Assembly: GCA_027021705.1 (NCBI GenBank)
Contig: JALUTT010000002.1
Span: forward strand, 1 to 64,000
Origin: Anaerolineae bacterium
Lineage (GTDB): Bacteria; Chloroflexota; Anaerolineae; S140-20
Length of the DNA: 64,000 nt
Direction of reading: 5' to 3'
Below the pieces are notes generated by a model. It saw only the letters and a program-made list of their open reading frames with translations, made no database searches and had not been told where the DNA came from. Every line of letters starts with the position of its first letter. Positions within the stretch are counted from its first letter, which is position 1. Below, piece after piece: positions 36,564 to 45,285 of the stretch. The position numbers and the translations under genes are program-made.

Positions 36564-38810
36564 CTACGCTTTGGTGACCTTCACCATCGTCTGGCTGAGG
36601 GCCTGCGAGCCGGTGATGGGGTCGGTGAAGGTGAGGTGCAGGTCCGAATCGCTGGCCCCGGCCCCGTAGGCCGTGCGCAGCCCCTTGCTCAGATGGCCGA
36701 AGCCGGGCGTCATGTAGACGCAGTCGGGGCGGATCCGTTCGGTCACGTGGGCCCGGGTCTTCACCCGACCGGCGGCGCTCTCCACCCACACTTCGTCGCC
36801 GTCGGCGATCCCCCGGGCGGCGGCGGCCTTGGGGTGGATCCAGAGGGGGTTGTCCGGCACCCGCTCGTGGAGCAGCCGGTTGTTGTGGGTGGCGAACTGG
36901 GTGTGCTGGGCCACCTTGCCCGTCAGCAGGTAGAACTGGCCTTCAAAGGGCTCCGGCGGCGCTTCCCAGGTGGGCACGGCGGGAAAGCCGGCGTTGCGCA
37001 GCACCTCGCTGGCCAGCTCGATCTTGCCGCTGGGGGTGTTCCAGCTCAGCGTAGGCTTCCCCTCCGCCTCGGCCGGGGCGGTTTCCGGCAGCCGGTAGAA
37101 GCCCCGCTCCTTCAGCTCCTCCAGCGTGATCTCCAGCGGGGCGAGTTGTTGCCGCAGGTAGTCCTCCTCGTCCTCGTAGGGGAAGTAGTCGCCCAGGCCC
37201 AGCCGCTCGCCCAGTTGCTTGAAGATCCACAAGCCCGACCGGCTCTCCCCCAGAGGCTCGACGGCCGGCTGGCGGATGAAGACGATGCCGTCCACCACCG
37301 TCAGTGGGTCGTACCGCTCCAGGTAGCTGGCCTCGGGCAGGACCACGTCGCTGAACCAGGCGGTGTCGTTCATCGCGATGTCAATGGTGACGATGAACTC
37401 CAGCTTGCTGAAGGCTTCCAGTGTCTTGCGACGCTCGGGCAGGGCGTTGACCGGGTTCTGGCGGTAGATGAACCAGCCCTTGGCCTGGTAGGGTTCGCCC
37501 CGCAGGATGTTGTCGCGGATCTCCTGGAAGACGCCCAGCTTCAGGGGCACCAGCGGGTACTTCCAGGGCACGCCGTCCAGCCGCAGGGCGGCCACGCGCG
37601 GGTAGGGGGGGTGGGGGAGGGAGGCCAGGCCGGCCCCTTCCTCGCCGGCGGCCGGCTGGAGGCCGCCGGGCTGCCCCCAGTTGCCCACCAGCGCGTTCAG
37701 GATGGCGATGGCCCGCTCCGTCTGGAAGGAGTTGAGGAAGTTGCTGGTGCGCCAGTTGGGGTGGGCGAAGGCGTGGGGGGCTGCCAGGGCGAACTCGTGG
37801 GCGATCCGCCGGATGGTCGAGGCCGGGATCTCCGTCTTGGTGGCGGCCCACTCCGGCGTGTAGTCGCGCACCGCCTCCTTGAGCTCGTCGAAGCCCACGG
37901 TGTAGGCTTCCACGAAGGCGTGGTCGTAGAGGTCGTTGTAGATGATCTCGTGGATCAGCGCCAGGTGGAAGGCCAGGTCGGTCCCCGGCTTGATGGGCAG
38001 CCATTCCGTGGCCTTGGCTGCCGTCTTGGTGAAGCGGGGGTCCAGCACAACGACCTTGGCCCCCCGGGCGATGGCCGCCACCAGCGCCTGGCTCTCCGAG
38101 TTGGAGATGGCCTCCAGCAGGTTGCGGCCCGTGTAGATGATGTACTGGGCAGCGCTGTAGTCGCGGCCCGGCTCCTGCACCCCGTAGGTGAGCAGGTTGG
38201 CGACGATCATCGCGTTGAAGCAGAGGGAGCGCTGGGTCCCGTAGTTGGGCGAGCCGTAGGCTTTCAGCAAGTTCTCGAAAACGGGCTGGAGCAGGTTGTG
38301 GGTGGTGCTGAAGATCATCGCCTCGGGGCCGTATTTTTCCTTGATCTCCAGCATTCGCTCCGCCACGTAGTCCAGGGCTTGCTCCCAGGAGACGCGCTGC
38401 CACTTGCCGCTGCCCCGCTCGCCGGCCCGGATCATCGGGTAGAGCAGGCGGTCGGGGTCGTAGAGGGTGGCCACCCCCGCCTGCCCTCGGGGGCAGAGCA
38501 TCCCGTTGGAGTGGGGGTGATGGGGGTTGCCGTCCAGCTTGTAGACCTTCCCGTCCTTGACCTTGGCGACCAGGCCGCAGCGCCAGACGCACTGCTCGCA
38601 CAAAGAGTAGACCTCGCGGTCGAAGACGACGGGCGGGAGCGGTTTCAGTCCACCGTCCGGCGAGAGGGACGGCTCCAAGGAGAGGCGGGGGAGCCGCAGC
38701 CCCAGCCCCAGGGCGGCCAGGGTCCCGGCGCTCACCCCTAGGAAAGTCCGCCGGCTGATGGGGCGGTCCAACACCGACGGTTCGGGTGCTTCACGTCCTT
38801 TCTTGCTCAT
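36564..38810 (-). CDS. psrA: Polysulfide/thiosulfate reductase-type molybdopterin catalytic subunit
   Basis: Tat motif SRRTFLG, CEQCVWRC...C [4Fe-4S] motif, SLCF Cys ligand, KPGTD, DVVLPEASYLER. Confidence 0.82.
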   Translation of the reverse strand: MSKKGREAPEPSVLDRPISRRTFLGVSAGTLAALGLGLRLPRLSLEPSLSPDGGLKPLPPVVFDREVYSLCEQCVWRCGLVAKVKDGKVYKLDGNPHHPHSNGMLCPRGQAGVATLYDPDRLLYPMIRAGERGSGKWQRVSWEQALDYVAERMLEIKEKYGPEAMIFSTTHNLLQPVFENLLKAYGSPNYGTQRSLCFNAMIVANLLTYGVQEPGRDYSAAQYIIYTGRNLLEAISNSESQALVAAIARGAKVVVLDPRFTKTAAKATEWLPIKPGTDLAFHLALIHEIIYNDLYDHAFVEAYTVGFDELKEAVRDYTPEWAATKTEIPASTIRRIAHEFALAAPHAFAHPNWRTSNFLNSFQTERAIAILNALVGNWGQPGGLQPAAGEEGAGLASLPHPPYPRVAALRLDGVPWKYPLVPLKLGVFQEIRDNILRGEPYQAKGWFIYRQNPVNALPERRKTLEAFSKLEFIVTIDIAMNDTAWFSDVVLPEASYLERYDPLTVVDGIVFIRQPAVEPLGESRSGLWIFKQLGERLGLGDYFPYEDEEDYLRQQLAPLEITLEELKERGFYRLPETAPAEAEGKPTLSWNTPSGKIELASEVLRNAGFPAVPTWEAPPEPFEGQFYLLTGKVAQHTQFATHNNRLLHERVPDNPLWIHPKAAAARGIADGDEVWVESAAGRVKTRAHVTERIRPDCVYMTPGFGHLSKGLRTAYGAGASDSDLHLTFTDPITGSQALSQTMVKVTKA

Positions 38811-38832
38811 CTCGCGTTTCCCCTTTGGCGTT

Positions 38833-39411
38833 TTACGCTTTCTGTCCTGTGCTCCCCACCTGGTCGGCCTTCGCCCTGGGGTCGCCCGTCTTGCCCAGGA
38901 CGTAGAAGAGGATCAGCGTGATCTCCGTGAACAGGATGATCAGCAACCAGGGGTTGGCGTGGATCAGGTCTGCCAGGACGACGCTACCCAGGTTGGCCAG
39001 GGCCGAGATCTTGGGGAAGACCTGCGGGTAGGTCAGGCCGTAGAGGATGGCCCCGACCAGGAAGCCCAACATCCCGGGGATCAGGTAGTCCAGGTTGCCT
39101 TGGCCGCCACCGGCGACGCAGGTTCCCGGTCAGAAGCCCGCCAGGGCCATGCCCACGCCGAAGATCAGCCCGCCCACCAGGTTGCCGACGACGTAGGTGG
39201 GGGTGATTTTCATCAGTGTGATCACGCCCAGGGCTTGCAGGCCGTAGAGGCCGATCATCCCCACGACCAGGGCGGACATCATGAACTTGAGCACGGCCAG
39301 GTCCGTGAAGCGGAAGACGTTGACGATCTTGGAGTACTTGGTCAGGCCGGCCTTCTGCAGCAGCCAGCCGAAGCAGAAGCCGAAGATCAGCGCGAGCAGG
39401 TAGTCGAGCAT
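38833..39411 (-). CDS. YeeE/YedE thiosulfate-transporter-family protein, probable selenoprotein (UGA=Sec at 39130-39132)
   Basis: Two in-frame ORFs joined by one TGA in GF-U-PGT (the G-x-C-P-G-T motif), followed by a SECIS-like hairpin. Confidence 0.85.
39090..39129 (-). promoter_or_regulatory. Putative bacterial SECIS element
   Basis: Directly 3' of UGA: CCGGG/CCTGG lower stem, TGC/GCA, GTCGCC/GGCGGC upper stem, apical loop GGT starting at +19. Confidence 0.6.
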
Positions 39412-39421
39412 CGTATTCCCC

Positions 39422-39958
39422 CTAGAACTTGCTGCCGTAGAGGATCATCGCGGTCACGATGCCGGAGACGAACATACCGGCGATGAAGATGAAGGCGGCG
39501 GGAGCCAGGGCGATCCCCCCGGCGATGGCCAGCCCGCTGGTGCAGCCGCCGGCGATGCCTGCGCCGTACTCCAGGATGATGCCGCCGACGAAGGCGGCCA
39601 CCCAGCGCTTCCAGCGGCTGGGCCCGAAGACCCGCTTCCACTGGGGGTCGGGCACCGGGTCCAGTTTGAAGGTGTCGGAGAGCTTGGAGGCGGCGAAGGC
39701 CCCGAAGAAGGCACCGACCAGCAGGATCACCTGCCAGGTGATGCCCGGCGGCATGACGAACTTGAAGTAGAGGTTCTTCTCCACCAGGTCGGGTGCCACC
39801 GCCTTCAGGATGAGCCCGCCGATGTTCTCGAAGGAGCCGGAGGCTCCGATGGCCTGGTGGCTGAGGGCGACGATGAGGACGGCGACGATCCCCAGGCCGG
39901 CCCCCGACCAGATGGGGGACCACTCTTCTTTCCTCAGAGCGCGGATGATCGCGTTCAC
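39422..39958 (-). CDS. YeeE/YedE family protein (Cys form)
   Basis: IGASG and GAGIAGGCTSG motifs, multi-TM. Confidence 0.88.
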   Translation of the reverse strand: MNAIIRALRKEEWSPIWSGAGLGIVAVLIVALSHQAIGASGSFENIGGLILKAVAPDLVEKNLYFKFVMPPGITWQVILLVGAFFGAFAASKLSDTFKLDPVPDPQWKRVFGPSRWKRWVAAFVGGIILEYGAGIAGGCTSGLAIAGGIALAPAAFIFIAGMFVSGIVTAMILYGSKF

Positions 39959-39977
39959 CTTTCCCTCCCTTTCTCTC

Positions 39978-40973
39978 CTATGAGAGCTCCTTGCGCAGCG
40001 CCATCAGCAACTCCACCTCCTCAGGGTCCAGGCGGGTGACGGCGGAGAGCAGGTTCAAATCCAGACGGGAGACCGCTTTGAGCACCTGCGGCCCCAGGGG
40101 GCGGTTGCTCAGCAGCCGGGCGATGGCTTCTAAAGTGGCGGGATCGGCCTCGGCCAGGGTGGCGATGACCTCCGCCAGCGCTGGCGGTTCGGCGGTGGGG
40201 GCCGGCTGCCCGGTGGGGTAGGGCCTTACCTCGCCAGGGGATGGGATGGACGGGGGCGCAGCGGGGGCACCGGCCAGGGCCGCCTGCATCTCCATCAGCA
40301 TGTTGGCCCGCCACCAGGCGGCGAGGCGGCTGGGCACCTGCTCGAAGTGCCACACCAGGCCGAGGAAGACCAGGGCCAGCAGGAGGATGAGGGCGATGAG
40401 CACCAGGTTGCTGACGTTGGTCCTGGGCTGTTCGGCGGCCTGGCTCTCGGCGTAGACCTTGTTCAGGTCAATGATCTCGCCTCCCGACGGGGCGCTCACC
40501 GGACCGGCTGCGGCCGGGGCGGCGGGGGCCTCCGAAGAGGGCGCCGAGGGGGCCGATGGGGCTTCGCCGGCCGGAGGGGCTCCACCGCCGCCGCCGGTGC
40601 CCACTTCAACGCCCAGCACGCCGGCGTACTGCTGGGCCAGGTCCATGTAGTCGTTGGGGTGGCACGACTGACAACTGGCCTGGACGTCGCCCAAGGGGGC
40701 GACCAGCCCCTGGTGGGCGGCTTCCTTGTCCGTGGCCTGCACGTCGCCGGCGTGGCAGAATTCGCAGAAATCGCCGAAGGCGTGGGCCGTGTGCCACTCC
40801 CCCTCGTTGTTCACCGGGTCCTGCCCTTGCACCTCGTGGCAGTTCTTGCAGGAGGAGACCGAGGACCCGCACTGGGCTACTGCCTGTCGCTCGTTCAGCC
40901 CCCCCATCAGCACCAGGCTGAGGGCGGCCAGGGCGAGCAGCAGGCCCACCCGTATCGGTATGCGACGGTTCAT
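39978..40973 (-). CDS. Tri-heme cytochrome c with linker, TM helix and C-terminal helical tail
   Basis: Signal peptide, CKNCH, CEFCH, CQSCH, Ala/Pro linker, TM segment. Confidence 0.8.
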   Translation of the reverse strand: MNRRIPIRVGLLLALAALSLVLMGGLNERQAVAQCGSSVSSCKNCHEVQGQDPVNNEGEWHTAHAFGDFCEFCHAGDVQATDKEAAHQGLVAPLGDVQASCQSCHPNDYMDLAQQYAGVLGVEVGTGGGGGAPPAGEAPSAPSAPSSEAPAAPAAAGPVSAPSGGEIIDLNKVYAESQAAEQPRTNVSNLVLIALILLLALVFLGLVWHFEQVPSRLAAWWRANMLMEMQAALAGAPAAPPSIPSPGEVRPYPTGQPAPTAEPPALAEVIATLAEADPATLEAIARLLSNRPLGPQVLKAVSRLDLNLLSAVTRLDPEEVELLMALRKELS

Positions 40974-41009
40974 GCTTCCCTCCATCCAACTCCGTGCGAT
41001 GGGTGACGG

Positions 41010-41741
41010 TTACGATCTTGCCGAAAGGCCACGCTCCGTGGCGAGGTGGGACATGATGTTGGCGATGCGTTGCAGCAAGGTGAGCACCCAGGCTCGCCGG
41101 TCCGCTTCCAGGTGGAAGACCTCCGTCAGGTGGGCGGCCAACGCCTCTGGGGGAACGTCGAACGTGGTGGCGATCGCCCGGAGGGCCTCGTCGGAGGGGG
41201 GCCAGTCGTCGGGGGCAACGCCTCCCAGGAGCACCATGCCCTTCAACTCGTGGCCAACGCGGATCAAGGCCCGGGCGCAGAGGAGGCCGGAGGTCGTGCG
41301 CGTGAACTGCGGCTCCAGGTCAATGATGGTCGCCAGATCGTGCCAGTCCTGGATGCAGTGGGAGAGGGCGTTGGGGTTCTGGACGATGATCTCCAGGAAG
41401 CCGCAGAGGTTGCTGAAGCGGGTGATGGGGTGCCCCTCCAGATCGGTGATGACCAGGGTCACGCCCAGCGCCTCGGCGAAGGTGTCCTGGATCAGCTGGA
41501 CGCACTCCAGAGGCAGCAGGGAGGCCAGGTCGCTCTGGGAGATCAGGGCATCGGCGGGAAGGGATGGGGCCGAAGTCTCGACCCGGCTCTGGAGCCACCG
41601 CTTGACCAGGTTAGCGGGGAAGCGCCACTGCTTGCCCACTTTGATGGCCGGGATCTGACCGGCCTCGGCCATCCGATAGATGGTCGAGCGGTCCACCTGG
41701 AGCAGCGCTTGCAGGTCCTTGGCGGTCAGCATCTCGTCCAT
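41010..41741 (-). CDS. HTH_17 + PocR regulator, paralog A
   Basis: Highly similar to 30834-31598 (VDRSTIYRMAEAGQIPAIKVG; DLASLLPLECVQLIQDTFAEALG). Confidence 0.82.
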   Translation of the reverse strand: MDEMLTAKDLQALLQVDRSTIYRMAEAGQIPAIKVGKQWRFPANLVKRWLQSRVETSAPSLPADALISQSDLASLLPLECVQLIQDTFAEALGVTLVITDLEGHPITRFSNLCGFLEIIVQNPNALSHCIQDWHDLATIIDLEPQFTRTTSGLLCARALIRVGHELKGMVLLGGVAPDDWPPSDEALRAIATTFDVPPEALAAHLTEVFHLEADRRAWVLTLLQRIANIMSHLATERGLSARS

Positions 41742-41844
41742 AGGCTTCCTCGTTCCGTGGGTCGAATATGTGAAAGTTTGAACGTGCGTGCCCATCTTAG
41801 TCCGTTTCCCCGTCTCCAGCAAGTGACGTATGGCAGCGCCAACA

Positions 41845-41916
41845 GGTGACAGACGTCACAATCGGCATTAGGCGCATTGGCTGCAGAAGATGCAATCGAG
41901 ATATGCGGCATATGCA
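41845..41916. promoter_or_regulatory. CRP/FNR-like palindrome plus 9-bp-phased GCA direct repeats
   Basis: GGTGA-N6-TCACA at 41845-41860. NGCA at 41864, 41873, 41882, 41891; TGCG/TGCA at 41904 and 41913. Confidence 0.55.
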
Positions 41917-42094
41917 AGTTGGCCGGGGGACTGCCGCCGGCCCGACGCGCGGGGCTGAACCTCGGCGCTGAGGAGCGTGACCAAAAGCTGTTGAATCACT
42001 GAGCAACTGAAGGAAATGAGCTCACTGAGGGGTTGTACGCCTCCTACCCGCCGTCGGGTCACGGCCTTGCCGACGACCTGGGCCGCCCTGCCCA

Positions 42095-42540
42095 AGGCTC
42101 AGTGTCTTCACCTCCCTCAGCTTCAGGGATTCTGGGGGCTTGGTTGGCGGACGGACAAGCTGTCAACGGATTGGGAACGGATTGAACGGATTTGGAACGG
42201 ATGGGGTGGTGCTCCCAAGAGGGCTTGTCCAGCCTTTCGCACCGCTTCGTGCCCTTTGAGCTCTTGGTGTCCTTCGTGTCTCCCGCCGTGGCCGGAGTGG
42301 ACGAGCTGTCAACGGATTGGGGAACGGATTGAACGGATGGGGGACGACGGCTCAGTGTCTTCACTTCCCTCAGTGCGTCAGTGATTCCAGGGGCTTTTGA
42401 ACCGAGCGTGACCGGAGGCTGTTGGGGGAAAGATGCAGGAGCGTTGCGCTTCTACCGCTCCCAACCCATTTTGGTCACACTCGGCGCCGAGAGGGCGAAA
42501 TCAGCGGCCGGCGGCTGGCGGTCGGCAGTCGGCGGGTGGG
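42095..42540. repeat. Mosaic of short tandem arrays and duplicated blocks
   Basis: Two GCTGTCAACGGATTGGG(G)AACGGATTGAACGGAT blocks, two CTCAGTGTCTTCAC.TCCCTCAG blocks, CTTCGTGYC 9-mers, GGTCGGC-like 7-mers. Confidence 0.75.
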
Positions 42541-42637
42541 GTGAAAGGAAAGGGCGCGGAAGCCAGGGGCTCCCGCGCCCGATGGGGTCAAAAGGGGAAA
42601 AGCGTCGCGAGGACGCGAGGACTTGCGTCCCTCCAGG

Positions 42638-45001
42638 CTACTTCCGCTGCAGCCGGATGGTCACCTCCAGGGGTGAGGGCTCGTCGGAGACCAGCAGGTC
42701 GTCCTCCATCAGTGGGGTGTACCCCTCGGCCCCCACGATGATGCTGTAGCGCTGGCCCCGCTCCAGGGGCAAAGGGAGCTCGAAGTAGCCGTTGCGGTCG
42801 GCCGTGGCCCAGGTGTAGACCTGGGTCTCGTCGCCATCCCACTCGCCGGTGCGGACGCCAGGCTGGAGGACGATGAAGGCAGCCCCTTCGATCCCCCGCC
42901 CGGTATCGGCGTCCAGGATCGTCCCTTGGATGATGAGGCCCTCCGTAGGAGGCAGGGGGGTGGGGGTGGGGGCCGCACCACTGCCGATGACGGCGGTGCC
43001 GCTCTGCACCAGTTCCCCTTCTACGTAGAGCTCCAGGGTGTAGGTGCCATCGTCAAGGGGTTGGCCGCTCTCCCGGTAGATACGGTCCCAGAAGAGGCCG
43101 CTCTCCCCCCACTGCCAGGTGGCCTCGAAGCGGGCCAACTCCTCCCCGTCCAGCAGCCACCGCTCCTCCCAGGCCATCCCATCGCGCATACCGGTGTACT
43201 CCCAGAAGACGTAGAGTTCCTCTAGGCTGCTGGGGAACTGGGTTCCGGGGTTGAGGGGCTGCTCGTCGGCATCTATGCCGCTGGCGAAGGTGATGGGACC
43301 GAAGGCGGAGGTGCCGGCCTCCCCGGCGACGGTGAAGTCGGCCACGGCGACCAGCTTCTCTTCGATGTAGAGCTCCAGCCGGTAGCTGCCCGGCTCCAGC
43401 GGCTCGCGGCTGTCCAGGGCCACCCAGGTGGAGCCGCTGGCCCCCTGGTCCCAGGTCCCGCCGCCCTCGGCGACTGCCTCGCCCTCGTAGTACCAGGTCC
43501 GGCTCCAGGCCAGGCCATCGCGCATCCCCTCGTAGTCGAAGAAGGCGTAGACGCGCTGGATGCCGGCCGGGAGCAGGCGGCCGGGGTTCACCGGCTGCCC
43601 ATCGTCGGTGATCCCCTCGGCGAAAGTGAGGTTGCGGAAGGTGGGCCGGCCCGTCTCACCACCTCCCACGACGATGGACGCTTCGGCCAGCTTCTCCCCC
43701 TCCACGTAGAGCTCGACCCGGTACTCCCCATCGGCCAGCCCCTGCTCGTTGAGGATGGCGACCCACCAGGTGCCCGACTCGCCGCCGGCCCAGGGGCCGG
43801 GGGGGATGCTGCCCCCCTCGTCGTACTCGCCGTTGTAGTACCAGCGGGCCTCCCAGGTGAGCCCATCCTGCATGTTCTCGTAGTCGAAGAAGAGGTAGAT
43901 GTGGGTGCTGCCGGAGGGGAGCTGGGTGACGATGGCCGTCGGCTCGTCGTTCTCCGTCACGTCGGGGGCGAAGAGGAGCCGGCTGAAACGGGGGGTCCCC
44001 GTGGGGCGCTCGGAGGGCTGCGGCGTAGGCTGGGCGATCCCCATCCGGGCGGCCTCGATGAGCCCCTTGGCCAGGTTGATGGGGCGGAGAGCATTGATGA
44101 AGCCGCCGACGGGGATGCAGTTGTCGTTTTCGTCAATCCGTCCGTCGCCGTTGGTGTCGGCCAGGTAGCGGCAGTCGGCGAAGCGCTCGGCCCCGCCGTA
44201 GCCCACTTGGGTGGGGACGCCGACCAGCTCGCCGGCCATGTTGGCCCCCAGCCCACCGCTGTTGCCGCCGGCGATGGTGGCATCGGTCTTAATGTAGGCC
44301 CGTCCCTCGATCCCCCGCTCCCGGGTGAAGCCGCTGACCGAGCCCTCGGTGAGGGTGATCGTCTCTCCGCCGATGCCCGGATAGCCGAAGATGCGCAACC
44401 GGTCGCCCAGCTCCAGTTGGTCCGAGTCGCCCAGAGGCACGTAGGCCAGGTTCAGAGAGGCCGGGTCCACCGGACGTCCGTTCAGGTCCGTGGTGATGCG
44501 CAGGACGGCCAGGTCGAGCCGGGGGTCCATCGCGACCACCTCGGCCAGGTAGGTCAGTTCGGGGGGCTCGTCGGAGTGGCTGGTGAGGGCGATGCCCAGG
44601 GCGTCGGGGCGGTAGGCCGGGTCGGGATCGGTAGCGACGTGGGCGTTGGTCAAGATGTAGCCGTCGGGGCTGACAATGGTGCCGGAGCCGGTCCACAGGG
44701 GCTGGTAGCCGTTAGGCCCCTCTTGGAGGGCGATGATCTGGACGGTGGCCCGGATCAGGTGCCGGATGCGCTGGTGCTCCTCTTCGGCGCCGGGGGGCGT
44801 TGCAGGGGCCTCGGTGGGGGGCGTGGTCGGCGCGGTCGAGGTCTCCGTCGGGGGAGCCGGCGTTTCCGGCTGGCGGACCGGCGCTTGCGTGGGGCGGGCG
44901 GTCGGCGTGACGGTGGGCAGCGCCCCGCCGGAGGAGAGGTTGCACGCCAGCGCCGACAGGATCAACAGGCCGATGAGAAGGGGGGAGATGTTCTTGTTCA
45001 T
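42638..45001 (-). CDS. Lipoprotein trypsin-like serine protease with three repeated beta-sandwich-like modules
   Basis: Lipobox ALAC, TNAHV, DLAVL, GGNSGG. Three F..Y.(G/N)M.DG..W...W repeats and a C-terminal carboxypeptidase-regulatory-like domain. Confidence 0.85.
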   Translation of the reverse strand: MNKNISPLLIGLLILSALACNLSSGGALPTVTPTARPTQAPVRQPETPAPPTETSTAPTTPPTEAPATPPGAEEEHQRIRHLIRATVQIIALQEGPNGYQPLWTGSGTIVSPDGYILTNAHVATDPDPAYRPDALGIALTSHSDEPPELTYLAEVVAMDPRLDLAVLRITTDLNGRPVDPASLNLAYVPLGDSDQLELGDRLRIFGYPGIGGETITLTEGSVSGFTRERGIEGRAYIKTDATIAGGNSGGLGANMAGELVGVPTQVGYGGAERFADCRYLADTNGDGRIDENDNCIPVGGFINALRPINLAKGLIEAARMGIAQPTPQPSERPTGTPRFSRLLFAPDVTENDEPTAIVTQLPSGSTHIYLFFDYENMQDGLTWEARWYYNGEYDEGGSIPPGPWAGGESGTWWVAILNEQGLADGEYRVELYVEGEKLAEASIVVGGGETGRPTFRNLTFAEGITDDGQPVNPGRLLPAGIQRVYAFFDYEGMRDGLAWSRTWYYEGEAVAEGGGTWDQGASGSTWVALDSREPLEPGSYRLELYIEEKLVAVADFTVAGEAGTSAFGPITFASGIDADEQPLNPGTQFPSSLEELYVFWEYTGMRDGMAWEERWLLDGEELARFEATWQWGESGLFWDRIYRESGQPLDDGTYTLELYVEGELVQSGTAVIGSGAAPTPTPLPPTEGLIIQGTILDADTGRGIEGAAFIVLQPGVRTGEWDGDETQVYTWATADRNGYFELPLPLERGQRYSIIVGAEGYTPLMEDDLLVSDEPSPLEVTIRLQRK

Positions 45002-45084
45002 CCCGGTGTGCTCCTGGGGAGGCAGTTATCGGGAGGGAGAGCAGGAAGCGCTCAAGGTGCGTTCAGGCGCTCCCTAAGAGGTTG

Positions 45085-45285
45085 TTAAGCAAGAGCAACC
45101 TCGTACTCGATGTGGGTTGGCATAGTCATCCGGTGGGATGCGTCCAAGATCTCCAGGGCTACCAGGTTCCCTGACGCATCGTAATCGAGAATAATTCCGG
45201 GCTTGTCTTCGTCGCTTTCCGCTACGGGGGCGTCGGAGAAAATCACCGTCAGGGTGTCGGTCTCTCGGTCATAGATGATTTTCAT
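45085..45285 (-). CDS. DUF2283 protein (putative antitoxin)
   Basis: YDRETDTL...LDYDASGNLVALEILDAS. Confidence 0.85.
   Translation of the reverse strand: MKIIYDRETDTLTVIFSDAPVAESDEDKPGIILDYDASGNLVALEILDASHRMTMPTHIEYEVALA

Noticed and set aside
13401..38741. Long plus-strand ORFs (e.g. 13401-15749, 32419-34269, 36438-38741)
   Set aside because: They are antisense shadows of real minus-strand genes, expected at high GC, and carry no motifs.
38833..39411. YeeE pseudogene or two small genes
   Set aside because: A single in-frame TGA falls exactly at the conserved Cys, both halves are intact, and a hairpin follows. Sec recoding explains this better.
30834..41741. Excisionases of an integrative element
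   Set aside because: The HTH_17 domains are fused to PocR sensors, and no integrase or att sites were seen.
42150..42345. Possible mini-CRISPR or iteron origin (AACGGATT repeats)
   Set aside because: Units are 8-10 bp and adjacent, with no unique spacers and no rep or cas gene.
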